Source: Eledone cirrhosa (lineage: Eukaryota). From it: 64,000 nt of DNA. The notes below the pieces were generated by a model, which saw only the letters and a list, made by a program, of their open reading frames with translations, made no database searches and had not been told where the DNA came from. Each line of letters opens with the position of its first letter. Position 1 is the stretch's first letter. Of this stretch, positions 31,730 to 45,229 are shown piece by piece. The DNA is taken from positions 108,934,001-108,998,000 of the forward strand of contig OZ024741.1 in the NCBI GenBank assembly GCA_964016885.1. The letters are read 5' to 3'. The translations under genes were made by a program, and so were the position numbers.

Positions 31730-32805
31730 ATTTGACATAAGGATTAGGTTAATACACAAAACTGAACTAAATGCAAAGAATAAGGTGATTGGCATCAACA
31801 CTTTAGCAGTGCCAGTAATGAGCTACAGCTTTAACAGTTTGAACTGGACACTAAAAGAACTAGCTGGAATAGATAGAAAAACAAGAATAATAATGACTGC
31901 ATTTAGAATACACCATACAAAATCAGACATAGAAAGATTATACCTACTAAGAACACAAGGAGAAAGGAGCCTTATGCAACTAGAAAACTCTTATAAAATA
32001 ACTACTGTAGGACTACAAAAATACCTAATAAAAAAAAACAAAGGAAAGCTAATACAAATAGCCACGAAACATTAATAAAATAAAAACCTGTTCTCGGTTT
32101 TCAAGGAAGCCAAAAATTCAAATCAGAAACGGACTAACAGATGATTGCGAGGAAAATGAAAATAAAGGAAAAACAACAATAGAATTTGTGAAAGACATAA
32201 AATTTAAATTGAAAACTGACAACCAGAATGCCATGGTAGACAAGTAGACAAAGAAAACACACAAAACAGGTTCCGAAGCACTGGACTAAAAGCTGAGATG
32301 GAAGGATTTTTAATTGCAGCGCAGGACCAGAGTCTAACTACTAGAAACTACCAGAAGTACATAATGAAACAAAGCACTATAAGTAACTGTAGATTATGTG
32401 AAATTAGAGAAGAAACAATCAAACGCATAGTCTCTGGATGCCCAGCACTATCCAAAATAAATATATCCACAGGCATGATAGAGTTGGGACCTTCATACAC
32501 TGGAAATTATGCCAGCATTATGTAATACCAAAAGAAAAAAGATGGTACAAACACACACCAGAAACAATGTCAGAAAATGACAAAGCCACTAATCTCTGGG
32601 ATATGCCAATACATAGAAACAAAGAGATCAAGGCCAAACGAACAGATATTATAGAAAGAAAAGAAATGCCTGCTAAATAGATGTATCTATTCCCACAGAC
32701 GATAATATATCTTCCAATGAAATAGAGAAACTCTCCAAATATAAAGATCTAGAGATAGAAGTAACTGAAATGCGGAAAATGAAAACAGAAACAATACCTA
32801 TAATA
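31730..32805 (+). pseudogene. R4/Dong-type (restriction-like endonuclease) non-LTR retrotransposon C-terminal fragment
   Basis: EGFLIAAQDQSL, CRLC...ETI..IVSGC, RHDRVG..IHWKLC, WYKH.PE, LWD, KYKDLEIE; frameshifted; ends at the Tx1 insertion. Confidence 0.85.
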
Positions 32806-33063
32806 ATGCTTTCTTTATTAACCACAAGGGTTTACACAAAGTAAGACATTAAGGACAATACAAGACAATACAAGACGGTACAATTGGGCATTTCTGCGTG
32901 TAAAAAAAACAAAAAACATTGGATGTAACAAAAAAGAAACAATGAACAATTCCCCGATAGGGGGGAGTCTTCCGAGGGACATTCGTGGAGAAAGCCCATT
33001 AAAAAAGCCACGGTTACCCTGACCACCAGGGCAAGTGCCCTCTCCCAGTTTTCCACCTTTAAT

Positions 33064-36001
33064 TTACAGGCACATACTCAGAGTAGGCCCATTCACTCGG
33101 GCCATTCTTGCATCTCTCACCCATCTTTCAACAAAATGATGGAAAGAGAGCACTTCCCTCTCTACCCTAATTTTCCTTTTCAAATGAAATTTGAAAAGGT
33201 TAATCAGGGCATCACCGAAGAGGTAAGTACTCGTCTTCAGCCCTTTCAAACGTGTCCACAATACTATCTCTTTCGCCATGGCCACCAGGCAGATAAAAAC
33301 TGCCTGCCCTTCCCGGCTAAAGGAAGAGGGCGGGGCAATCCTCACGATGGACTCAGCTGATAGCTGGATCCGTCCTACACGCGACAGCAGGTGTTCGACA
33401 TAAACCCACAAGTCAGCAATGCTCGGACACTGAATGAGTCCGTGCAGGACGGTTTTGTCGCCCTGCGCGCATCTCAGACATACCCGGCTGACGGCACCTC
33501 CATGCCTATAGAGGTTATCTCGAACTGGCAAAGATCCTCGTTAGCACTGCCAGGCCAGGGATTTCTGGAAGTTGTCCATAGGCCCCGGTCCGAAAGTTCT
33601 TCCGAAAAGATTGGCTAGTTGATTTTCGTCGACGCCTAGAGTTTCCCCAAGTACGTCGTCCCTCTCCCCCTCCACTAATCCTCTATAGAACGCCAAGGTG
33701 GAGTTTCCACCGATCACATTGCCCGACTGGTCGATGCTGTGAGCGCCTGAAGACATTTCAGTCTCCAAACGCTCCCTCTCGGTCTTCGCTTGACCCAGGA
33801 CTGCAGCTCCGTCAAGGAGACGAGCTGTGGAAAGACGCGTCTAGAAAACGGCGACCACACCTGATTACCGTCGAAGAAGAGTTAGAGATGTCGTAGCTTG
33901 AGCGCGTGTCTGCGCATCATCAGCCTCGGCATACCCAGCCCTCCACGTAGCGGGTGTTGACATCAGATGCACCGCCTGACCATCAGAGCGCGGCCCTTCC
34001 ACAATAAACAAAAGAGCAAATGCTCCAGCGCAGTCAGGCGAGGCTTAGGACAAGGCACGACGATCAGGCGGTAGTAGATGACGGACGCGATGTACGCATT
34101 CGCCACCTCCGCTCGACCTTTCAGAGATAGCTTCCTCTCCACCCATTTCTGTGTGAGAGAAGCCACCCTGCTCGTCACTTCGTCCCAGTTTGTGTCCGTC
34201 TGGAGGCCCGGACCGAACCAGACCCCTAGCAATTTAAACGGTCCGTCCGTCCAGCACCCGACGACGCTCTTGGACGGCATGGGCCTTCTTCTCCAGGTGC
34301 CGAGCTGCAGGCCCAGCGACTTTTCTTGGTTGATCAGTGTACCTGTCACCACTTCGTATTCTCTTAGTGTAGTCCCGATCGCCTCAATGTGTTTGGCGTT
34401 CGACACCACTACGGTGACATCGTCCGCATATGCTGACACGGATCTTCCGCATCCTAGTACGCGCGGGACCCCCCTCAACGTATGGAGTTTGTGCAAGAGT
34501 GACGAGAAGGGACATCCTTGGCGGACCGAGCGCATGATGTTGAACGGTTCCGAAAGGTGACCGTTTACTCTCACCACAGAGCAGATGTCGCTGTGCATGG
34601 CAGCGATCCAGCCTTTGAAGACGGGCCCAAAGCCAGCCGCCCTCAGGACTGCCACCAGATAACGATGGTCGACCCTATCGAATGCTTTCGACTGATCTAA
34701 ATTGATCAAGGACCCACCCGTGCCAGGTTCCCTAGCAACCCTCTCCACGATGTATCGCATGAGGTGGAGGTTGTCGTGGATGGATATGTCAGGAATGGCG
34801 CATGTCTGCCACCAGACCACCAGCGACAAGCGCCAAAAACTTTGCTAGCACCTTGGACAAAATCTTGAACTCTATGCTTAGCAGAGTTATGGGCCCTACT
34901 TTTTCTATGTTATGCCCCTTGTTCGGATCCTTTCTCAGCAGCACCACAGCTCCTCGGCTCACAGAGCTGGGAATTCTCCCGTTCTGTTGTCAGCCGCAGT
35001 AGACGTCCGTCAAGAGGTCTCCGAACAAATCTGGCATCTGTACGTAAAGTTCATAGGGCAGACCATCCAAACCAGGCGATTTACCCCTTGTGCAGCCAGT
35101 CATTGCCTCCCGTACTTCAGCGGCTGTTATCGGCTTTTCGCAACACTCCGCCTCAGTGGCCGAGAGACGCGGCAATCCGTCGAGGTAGGGACTAAAGTCC
35201 ATCCTTCGATCCCCCCCTCCCCGCCGCTGCCCCCGAATAGCTGAGCGAAGTGTCGGTGAAAAGCTTCACACATTTGCCCGGGATCGTGTATCATGTGCCC
35301 GTCGTGGTCCACCAAAGACCGGATCGTGGCTTTGTTACCACGACGCGCCTCCGCCACTCGAGCCCATATCTGGCATATTCATCCAGGTCATATCTAGATA
35401 TGACCTGGATGACCCGATGCGGTTTGTCCATGTCCACATTGGCACATTCGGGAAATCCAGACGGTACCTGTCAGACAGTTGAAAACGTCTGAGTAGGTTT
35501 GCGAGGCTTTTAAATCCTCCTCCTCTATCCGCTAATCCCACACAGTCCCAGCGTGCATCTAAGATCCCATTCCAGTTGCCCACTAACACTAAAGAGCGAA
35601 ACGTTTCGAGAAAGGTCTCCAGAGGCCGGAAGAAATCAGGCAGCCCTGCTCATGTTGGGGCATAGACGGCCAGTAGCCTGAAATCTTTCCCGTCTCCGCT
35701 GGTCACGTTCAGCACCACCGACTTACTTTCTGGGTCCAGGAATATGGTCCGTATGGCGAGATTCAAGCCTCTCCGAAAAAGCACAGCAACTCCTCCCCCC
35801 CTCAGATCCTGGACGGCTGGGAGATGCGTATACATCGTAGCAGCCGAAGATCGGTGCGAAGGCTCGTGCTTCGGAGATTCTGGTCTCGCTGATGGCCACC
35901 ACATCTATGTTTAGTGACCTGAGGTCGTTGAGCAGGTGACCCTGCTTCCAAGATGACCTCAGCCCACCTACATTTATACTGCTTATTCTAAGTACGGCCA
36001 T
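33064..36001 (-). pseudogene. Tx1-A ORF2 (APE endonuclease plus RT), frameshifted, with internal deletion
   Basis: MAVLRISSINVGGL, KSPGLDGLP, LDQSKAFDRV, VRQGCP, AYADD, CxxC. Confidence 0.92.
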
Positions 36002-36039
36002 GTTGGATGAGGAACGGAGTAAGTGAGAGAGGATCACTT

Positions 36040-37600
36040 ACCTTGATCGTGTGGGGAAGGGACAGAAGAACCGTCCCTTTGGCTGGTCATGGGTGTCTCC
36101 AATATGATATCTTTATAGATTCTCTTGGAGAGTGATCCACTGAAATCCCCAACTACGTTGGGGAATTTTTGGTTTCATTGTTTGTAATCTTCCAGTTCAA
36201 TTTCCACAATGTTAATGTTTTTTGGTAATGTTCTTGATGTTGGTGGGGTGAGGTAGTTTACGTCTTAAATATCGGTGTGCTGTTTTATGTGTTCCATTAA
36301 TCCTTGGTGTTCAATGTTTATGGCTGTGTGCTTTGTGGGGGGGGGGGGCTGTTTTCTTGTTGTTGTTATGTGTGTACTTTGTTGTGTTTGCGATGTTGGT
36401 GTTTTTGGTGATGTTGGTGGTGGTGTGGTTGTTGTTGTTGGTTGTGATGCTTGTGGTGGTGATGGTGGTGGTGTTCCTGCAAGTCTCCTTCCAGCCTTTA
36501 CCCTTCTTTGTTTGAACTCGCTTTTGGAAGGCGAAGCTAAGTGGTTCTTTCGTTTTTGTTTTTTGTGGCAGACCTCTTGCCACATCACCCGCCTCATATT
36601 CCATGTCGGAATCCGTGGCGTCTGGGAGTGGTATGAGCTCCACGACTGTTGGTAGTGGTAGTGGAGCTCGCTCCGGCGATATTGCCGCCGTTGTAGCTAC
36701 TGCAACTGTTGGTGTTGCCGCCACTGCTGCCGCTGTCTTAGTTGTCCGTGACGTGGGTATGGGTGCTACGGACGTTGCCCTCCTACTCGCCATGGAAGGT
36801 TATTCTGCCTCTGTTGCCTGCCCTGCTCTTGGTAGCAGCGGATCAGGCGTCGGAAGAGGGGGGTCTCTTATTGGCTGTCTTCTGCGGGCAGAAGGCCCTG
36901 AGGTGACCCTTCTACCCACAGAGATAGCACTTTGGGCGCCTTCATTCCACGCTTATAGGGAATTGGAGTCCTTCCTCGAGGTCTATGATATCTGGGATGG
37001 CCTTCTTTGTTTGTTCTTGGTCAGTTTGTATTAGCATTTGCATGCCTATACCTGATCAGTTCTCTCTTCCCATTCTCTGTATTTGCAGTATGCTGGTCCT
37101 GTCCTCGATTCCAGCAAATACAGTCGCGGCCACCCAAGGTATGGGCACGTCGGTCGGGACATGGGTTACTTTGACCCTCATAATTTTCTGCCCGCAGTAG
37201 GAGGGCACTAAGACTCTCTCCTCGCTCTTTAGGGTTTCCAAAGAGTGAGACTTCGCCTCTCGGGGTGTGGCGAAAAGTACGTCTACTGTAGCATAATTTT
37301 TGCCTCGGGTGATGTGGGTTTTGCGCGCCCAGACGCACCCCAAGGCCTTTTGGATTTGAGCCTCCGTGGCTCTCTCCACACGATGTGATATTTTGCTTAC
37401 GTTGCGGTAAGTCACGGTGTGTAGCTGCTGGTCCTTGAAAAAATAGAGCGGAGGTTTCAGGGAAACTCTATTGTCATTTCTTGTCACCATGGCCCTCTCG
37501 ACTGCCATCTCCTCTTCCGTGACTAGCACTGTTTCTATATTTCGAGCCATACCTGCGAAAGAAGTGGCCCCTTTTTCAGCGGCACCATTTTGCTGCCGCT
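36040..37600 (-). pseudogene. Tx1-A ORF1 remnants
   Basis: Lies upstream of ORF2; ORF 37056-37550 plus a low-complexity Thr/Pro/Lys region. Confidence 0.6.
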
Positions 37601-38017
37601 ACTACTGCTACTGGTCTTGTTGTTGGTGCTGTTGTTGCTGCTGTTGCTACTGCTACAAACGGTGTTGGTGGTGTTGTTGCTGTTATCATGGTTGTGTTTT
37701 TGGTGCCACCGTTGTTGTTGTTTTCGGTGCAATTTGTATTGTTGCTGTTGGTGTTGTCGTTGTTTATTTTCTTGTCGGTGGTGTTAATATCGTTGTTGCA
37801 TTTGTTGTCATTTTTTTCTGTTGTCTGTATTTTGGTTGTCGCTGTTATTGTTGTAGTTGGTGTGGTAATGTTTTTTAAATTAGTTCTCAGTGTTGTTGTC
37901 ATTGCTGTCTTTGTTCACGTTGTTTGTGGTGGTGTTTATTGTATGCATTTCTGTAACCCTCCTCTCAACTTTTACGCTTTGTCACATAACAGCAGACATA
38001 TTGCTGGGGGGGGGGCG

Positions 38018-38195
38018 TGTTTCTACTTTTGGCACAAGGCCAGCAATTACCCAGTACATTACTAGTACTTTATTTCATCGACCCCGTAAGGATTAAAGAC
38101 AAAGTAAACCTAGATGGGATTTGAATTCAGAACGTAAAGGGACGTAACTATCCTGGAAAGCATGGCGTCCGACCCTCTACCGATACTGCCAATTC
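38018..38195 (-). mobile_element. SINE family A fused to the Tx1-A 5' end
   Basis: Reverse-complement copy with no ATT tail at the junction. Confidence 0.88.
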
Positions 38196-38236
<41 letters not shown>

Positions 38237-38509
38237 TTTCATTTATTGGCCACAAGGGCCGACATATAGGGGACAAAACAAAAGACTGGAACAGTGGGTT
38301 TTTACAGAAAAATCGAGTAAACAATATGAATAACAATAACAAGTAACAATAACAAAGTAACAATAAAGTAACAATAAAATTACAAGAAAAAATTCCCCAA
38401 TAGGGGGGATGACCACCTAGGGTTCGCTCAGGTACCCCACCAGTCCTGAACGACCCGACGCTTCGAGAGCACCCTGGAAGGGCACCCTCTCCTCCTCAAA
38501 TTTACCTAC

Positions 38510-41500
38510 CTACAGCCGCATGACCAGAGTAGGCCCACTCACACGGGCCATTCTCGACACATTCACCCACCTTTCAGCAAATGTACTGGGGGGCAGCACT
38601 TCTCTCTCCACCCTCACCTTCCTTTCCAAGTGAAACTTGAAAAAGTTGATGAGAGATTGGCCGAAGAGAAAAGTGTCTGTCTTCAGTCCTTTCAACCTCG
38701 TCCAACATAAAACTTCTTTCGCTACTGCCACCAGACAGAGGAAAATTGCCTGCCCTTCCTGGCCAAAAGAAGGCGGCGGGTCGATCTTCACTATGGACTC
38801 GGCCGATAGCCGGATCCGTTCTACACGCGACAACAGCTGTTCAACATAACTCCACAAGTCAGTAAACGCACGGACACTGGACGAGTGCGTGCAGAACGGT
38901 TTTGTCGCTCTGCGCGCATCTCGGACAGGTCCGTCTGACAGCACTTCCGTGCCTGTAGAGTTTATCTCGAACCGGCAGTGCCCCCAGTAGCACTGCCTAG
39001 CGAGGGATTTTGGGAAATTATCCATCGTCCCCGGCTCGAAAGTCCCCCGGTACAGACTAATTAGTTCGACTTCGTTTACTCCCAGAGCCTCTCCGAGTGC
39101 GTCGTCGCACTTGCCCACCACTAATCCTCTATAGAACTCGAGAGTGGAAGTTCCACTGACCGCATTGCCTGCCTGGTAGAGGGCAGTGAGTGCGTGGCAA
39201 CATTCCAGATGCCAGTCACCCAGTCTCGGTCTCTTCTTGACCCAGGACTGTAGCTCAGTCAAAGAAACGAGCTGCGGAAAGGCCCGTCTGACAAACGTCC
39301 ACCAAACCTGTTCACCGTTTAGGCAGAATATCTGGAGATGGCGCAGCCTCAGCTCGTGCCTGCGCATCATTAGCCACGGCATGCCCAGCCCTCCACGTAG
39401 AGGGTGCTGGCAGCAGATGGACCGCCTCACCAGCGGAACCTGATCCCTCCACAAGAATTTGAAGAGGAGCTGCTCCAAGATGGCGAGGCGCGAATGGGGG
39501 CAAGGGACGTGGGTCAGACGGTAGTAGATGACGGACACGATGTACGCGTTCGCCACCTCCGCCCGACCTTTCAGTGATAGCTTCATCCCAGCCCATTTCT
39601 GGGTGAGACTGGCTACTCTGCCCGTCACCTCGTCCCAATTCTTATCCACCTGGAGGTCTGGCCCGACCCAAACCCCTAGCAACTTAACCGGTCCGTCCTC
39701 CAGCGCCTAACGACGCTGTTGGACGGCATGGACTTGCCTCTCCAGGTGCCGAGTTGCAAGCCCACCGACTTTTCCGGGTTAAGTTTTCCTCCCGTCAACC
39801 TTTCATATTGCTCCAATAAGTTGCCGACCACCTCTATTTCTGAGGTGTCCGACACAATCAGGAAGATGTCGTCCGCATAAGCCGAGACAGCCTTTCCGCG
39901 TCCCGTTTCGAGCAGGATGCCCTGCAACAGCTCCAGCTTCCGCAGTAAAGGTTCGAGAGTCAATACGTACAGAAGGGAGGAGAGAGGGCACCCTTGACGG
40001 ACCGATCGGGAGACCTGAAACGGTTCCGAGAGGTGGCCATTAATTTTGACCATCGAGCAGGTGCCGCTGTGCATTGCAGCGATCCAGCTTCTGAACACGG
40101 GGCCGAAGCCAGCCGCCTTGAGGACAACCTCCAGGTACCGATGGTCGACCCTATCGAATGCTTTCGATTGATCTAAATTGATCAGAGCCCCACCGAAGCC
40201 AGGTTTACACCCTATCCTCTCTATGATGTATCGCATTAGGTGGAGGTTGTCGTGTATGGACCTGGTTGGGATTGCGCAAGTTTGCGCCTCTCCAACCAAA
40301 TCCCCGACGACAAGTCCCAACCTCTTCGCTAACACCCTGGCCAAAATCTTAAACTCTGTTTTGAGCAGAGTTATGGGCCTGAAATTGTCTAATGTGTCCC
40401 TCTTGTTCTCGTCTTTCCTTATCACCGTCCTGTATACTCCCGTTTTGCTGCTAGTTGCAGTAGAGGGCTTCGAGGAGACTGGAGAACAAGTCTGGCATAT
40501 TTACGTAAAGCTCGTAGGGCAGATCATCCAAACCGGGTGACTCGCGCCTCATGCAGCCGACAAGGGCATCCGGAATCTCGGCTGAAGTAATTGGCCTTTC
40601 GCAGCGCCCAGCGTCAGCCGTCGAGAGTTGCGGCAAGCCATCGAGGTAGGGACTGAAGTCCGCCACCATCTCTGACCCGCCACTTCCCCCGAACAACCGA
40701 GCAAAATGTTGGCGAAAGGCCTCACACATCCTCTTGGAATCGCTCAGCTCGTGCTCGTCTCGGTCCGTCAAAGACCGAATCATGGTTTTATTACCACGCT
40801 GCGCCTCTGCCACGCGGACCCATCGAAGAGCTTTGGTTCCCTCGTTTCTCAGAGCATGTGTCTTAGCTCTGACAATGCAACCTTCGTGTTTCGCATTGAA
40901 GAAATGGTCTAATGCCATTTTCGCCGCTGGCACGTCAGTTGCAATGCCACTACCAATAGCATCGTCTAACTTATCTACCAACTCCCCCCTCCTTTCTATT
41001 TTTCTCTAACGCTACTTCTTTGCTAAACTCTATCGACATTACTCTCATCTCTCTTTTGAGAGCCCCCCCACCCCCCCACCCCACCATCTATTGTTGACGA
41101 CTCCCCATGTCAACTTTTTCTTAACTAAATTGCTGTAAGCCTTAAGTGCCGGAAATAACATGTTTAGCTTCCAGTAACCAGGTCCTAACCTACGCATCTT
41201 ATCTAGGTCGACCATACAGATTACAAACTTATGATCTGAATAGGCGACCGTTTCAAAATGTGGACAGCTTACACTATTACTGTCTATTTTCCTAATGAAT
41301 ATCCTGTCTATATACGATCTAGATGACCCTATGCGGTTAGCCCAGGTCCACACTGGCGCATTACGGAATCTAGTCGGTACCTGTCAGACAGTTGGAACTG
41401 GCTGATCCGGTTCTTGAGGCTTTTGCACACACACACACCCCCCGCGCCTATCGGATACTCCCACACAGTCCCAGCGTGCGTCTAAGCTGCTGTTCCAGTC

Positions 41501-41885
41501 CCCCGCTAACAGTAAAGGGCGAGACGTACCCAGAAAGTACCCAGGTGTCTGAAGAAGTCCGGCCGTCCTGCCCCAGTAGGAGCATAGACGGCCACCAATC
41601 TAAAGGCACCACCTTCGTTATTGTTCACGTCCAGGACCACCAACTTGCCGTCCGGGTCCCGGAAGATCGACCTTATCTCGAGATCCAGGCCTTTCCTAAA
41701 CAGCACTGCCACCCCGCCTCCCATTCCCGGCCGGCTAACAGATGCAAATATCTGATAGTCGTCGAAAATGGGGGCTAGTGCGCGCGTGTCGGAAATCCTG
41801 GTTTCGCTGACGGCAATTACATCCATTGCTTCCAGGACGATCCCAGGCCTCGAACATTTAAACATCCTACTCTTAATACGGCCAT
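38510..41885 (-). pseudogene. Tx1-B ORF2 (APE plus RT plus zinc finger), frameshifted
   Basis: AVSETR, VYAP, SDH, FRPITLL, LDQSKAFDRV, VRQGCPLS, AYADD. Confidence 0.92.
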
Positions 41886-41929
41886 GTTGGCAGGTTAAAA
41901 AGAGAGAGAGGAAGGTTTACTTACCTTCT

Positions 41930-43330
41930 GGGCTCTTGTGAAGGTTGGGTTATTCGACCTCCATAGTTGGTGGGCTTTCTTTTGGGAACCCCTTTAAAAG
42001 TCTTGAAGTGGGTTTTGCGTTCGGGGTTACCATGTCCCGAGGAAAGCTGTCTCGTATTTCTTTGAATATATCGAGCGATATTCGCACCAGAACCAAATCT
42101 TCCGGCACGCGAAATGTGCTCGATTTAAAAATTTCCCCCTCTTTTTGAATAGTTTCACTTCGTGCTTCGAGGGCCATCAGTTCCTTGTTGGCCCTCCTGA
42201 CCAGCACGAAGATTTGTATGTTTTGTTGGTGTGATTTTATTTGTTTGCGTGGCTGTTGTGGTGATGGCTTTGGTGGTGTTGTTTCGGTTGTATCTGTGTT
42301 TGTTGTGAGTGCGGTGTCTGTGGTTTCAGATGTTTGTGTGTATATTTGTTCTTGCGCCTGTTTAGGTTGTTTGCGTTTGGCGGATTCTGGTGATGGTGAT
42401 GGTGGTGTTGATGTTGGTGTTATTGGAGAGATGTTTGCATGGGTGGTGTCTGCGTTTTTTATTGCGGGTGATTTTGTGCTTTGTTGAGTTTTTTTTTTCT
42501 TTTTGTGTTTCCTTTTTTGTATTTTGAAGGATTTTGGTTTTCCCTCATCTTCACTACTGGTAGATGAGGGGTCTGTGTCTGTAACTGTGTCTGTATGTAT
42601 GTTTATGGTTTTACTGGTGTGTGTATTTTGGGGGGAGGGGGAATTTGACAGCTTTCCTCGTTTCCCCCCTGGGTGGTCAATGTTGGTGGTGGTCTTTCTA
42701 TTGGTGTTGTTGTTGGTGGTTTTGTCGGTGCTGGTGTCGGCAGCAGTGGAGCCTTTCGACCCCTTGCCTCTTTCAGCAGTTGAGGGCAGAAGGCTCGCAA
42801 ATAGGTTTTTTCCCCACAAACAAAACACTGCGGCCTTTTGCCTTCGGTCATAATGTGAATGACCGTCCCATTCTGAAGGCGGATGTGGTCCGGTATTGTC
42901 TTCACATTCTCGGGCCTGATCTGGAGAAGGATCTCCAGGTCAACCCCGGACCAGTCCTCTCTGGCTGTTCTGGTCACTTCTATAGGGACGGTATCTGCCC
43001 CCTCCACAATCACACATCCCAGAATCCACCACATGGTAGCATTCTGGGAATGCGGAGACGGGCCGTTCTTTTTCCCATGTGGGAGGGGTACATTATGACC
43101 TTGCTGGTTTTGCAAGGAGTCATAGCGTGTTTCATAGCGAGGGCTTCTGAATTTAACAACACTGAAATGGTGCCGTACTGTCTGCCCCTCTTTATGTATT
43201 CGGTGTCTTCTCTGGTGCACCTCAGTGCGACTTCGACAACATCTTGTCGTATTAAAGCTGCCCTTTTGGTTTGTGCTGAGATGCATCTATAATGCACCGT
43301 TCAGTCATTTCTTTCAAAATTAGAGTTCTC
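41930..43330 (-). pseudogene. Tx1-B ORF1 remnants
   Basis: CFVCGEKTYLRAFC, a CX2CX4HX4C knuckle with His replaced by Tyr. Confidence 0.7.
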
Positions 43331-43698
43331 ATTGGTATCATTGGTGTCTTTGTTTACATTGTTTGTGGTGGTTTTTGTGTTATCAATGTGTGTTAATTTC
43401 GCTGTAGCGCTCCTCTCAACTTCTTCGTCGTTGTCGCACGACAGCCCATATATCGCTGGGGGGCGTGGCTCAGCCATGTTATTTTTTTCTTCGTAAATTT
43501 TTTAACATGTAAAAAAAGTTCAAATATTTGGGCCAAAAGGCCCAAATATTATACTTTGCCCTTCACGGGGCAAAGTCTAAGGGCTTATACCATTTACACA
43601 ACAAGAAATATTTAACAACAAATAATTTTAACAGGAAAATAAAGCGATTACTGGGAGCGAGCAAAATACGTCCGCTTAGATCAATAATAATAATAATA

Positions 43699-43740
<42 letters not shown>

Positions 43741-43744
43741 ATAA

Positions 43745-44295
43745 TGCTTTCTTTATTAACCACAAGGGTTTACATAAAGTAGACATTAAGTACAGCACAG
43801 GACAATACAGGACGGTACAAATGGGCATTTGTGCGTATAAAAAACCAAAAAACAGAGGATGTAGCAAAAAAAATAACAATGAAAAATTTCCCAATATGGG
43901 AAAGACTTCCGAGGGACATTTGTGAAGAAAGCCCATTAATAGGCCACAGTGACCCTGACCACCAGGGCAAGTGCCCATTCCCAGTTTTCCACCTTTAATT
44001 TACAGACACATACTCAGAGTAGGCCCATTCACTCGGGCCATTCTTGCTTCTCTCACCCATCTTTCAACAAAATGCTGGGAAGAGAGCACTTCCCTCTCTA
44101 CCCTGATTTTCCTTTTCAAATGAAATTTGAAAAAGTTAATCAGGGCATCACCGAAGAGGTAAGTGCTCGTCTTCAGCCCTTTCAAACGTGTCCACCATAC
44201 TATCTCTTTCGCCATGGCCACCAGACAGATAAAAACTGCCTGCCCTTCCCGGCTAAAGGAAGAGGGCGGGGCAATCCTCACGATGGACTCAGCTG

Positions 44296-44297
<2 letters not shown>
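43745..44297 (-). mobile_element. 5'-truncated Tx1-A copy between (TAA)n tracts
   Basis: Near-identical to 32806-33361. Confidence 0.92.
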
Positions 44298-44331
<34 letters not shown>

Positions 44332-44333
<2 letters not shown>

Positions 44334-45028
44334 GTACAGAGGAAATGCTATTGGCTGCACAGGAGAAAGAGAAAGCCCTCAGAACTAAATGTGTGAAACA
44401 CCATATTGACAAAGAGGAGGCTAACCCACTCTGTTGCATCTGTGAGAGAGAGGAACTGTGGCTCACATCGTGTCCGAATGTAAACACCTAGCCCAGACTC
44501 ACTATCAAGTTGATTCACTTGCTTTTATGCAAACTAAATAATATACCACATTCTGGGTAGAGGCATGACCATAAACCAGAGTTGGTGATAGAAAACGATC
44601 GAGTGAACGTGGTATGGGATTTTAGGATTCAGACAGACAACAAAGGCCTGACCTGGTGGTTTTTGACTAGGAAAACAGATCGTGTCTGATTGTAAATGGA
44701 GCCTGCCCCTTTGACACAAGAGTGCAAGAAAAGGATGAGGAGGAAATTAGCCGATACCAGGATTTAAATTGAGAGTTTAAAAGGATCTGGGACTCTCATG
44801 AGATCAAGTTCTTTCCGATTGTCATGTCAAAGAATTTTCAAGGATGGTTAAAGAACATTAGTCCGGACCTCTTTTTTTGAACACTTCAAAAGGCATGCTT
44901 GCTGGGAACAGCAAGAACACTCCGATATGTTCTGAATATCTGAGACTGCAGGTAGCGGCTTGATGTTCATTTGAACAAACTTTCCAATTAAATAACATCA
45001 ATGACTGAGACTCCAAGAAAATAATAAT
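44332..45028 (+). pseudogene. Second R4/Dong-type 3' fragment
   Basis: EMLLAAQE..ALRT, CxxC, HIVSECK.LAQ, VVWDF.IQTD, RYQDL; short TAA tail. Confidence 0.75.
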
Positions 45029-45225
45029 TGTTTCAACTTGTTTCACAAGGCCAGCAATTTAAAGGTGGGGGAAGGGGAAAGTCGATTAAATTGACTCCAG
45101 TGCATTATTGGTACTTTAATTTACTGATCACGTAAGGATGAAAGGCAAAACTAACCTCGGCGGGTTTTGAACACTGAACGTAAAGGGTCGTAATTCAATG
45201 CCACAAAGCATGTTGTCCGCCTAAT
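45027..45225 (-). mobile_element. SINE family A relative
   Basis: Reverse complement of the SINE body. Confidence 0.75.
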
Positions 45226-45229
45226 AATA

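Larger units (their letters stand above)
32806..38019 (-). mobile_element. Tx1-clade LINE, family A, near full length, disrupted
   Basis: ORF1 remnants, APE-RT-zinc-finger ORF2, 3' UTR ending AATAAA followed by (ATT)n. Confidence 0.9.
38234..43682 (-). mobile_element. Tx1-clade LINE, family B, apparently full length, disrupted, flanked by (TAA)n on both sides
   Basis: 5' UTR, ORF1 with gag-like knuckle, ORF2, 3' UTR with AATAAA. Confidence 0.9.
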
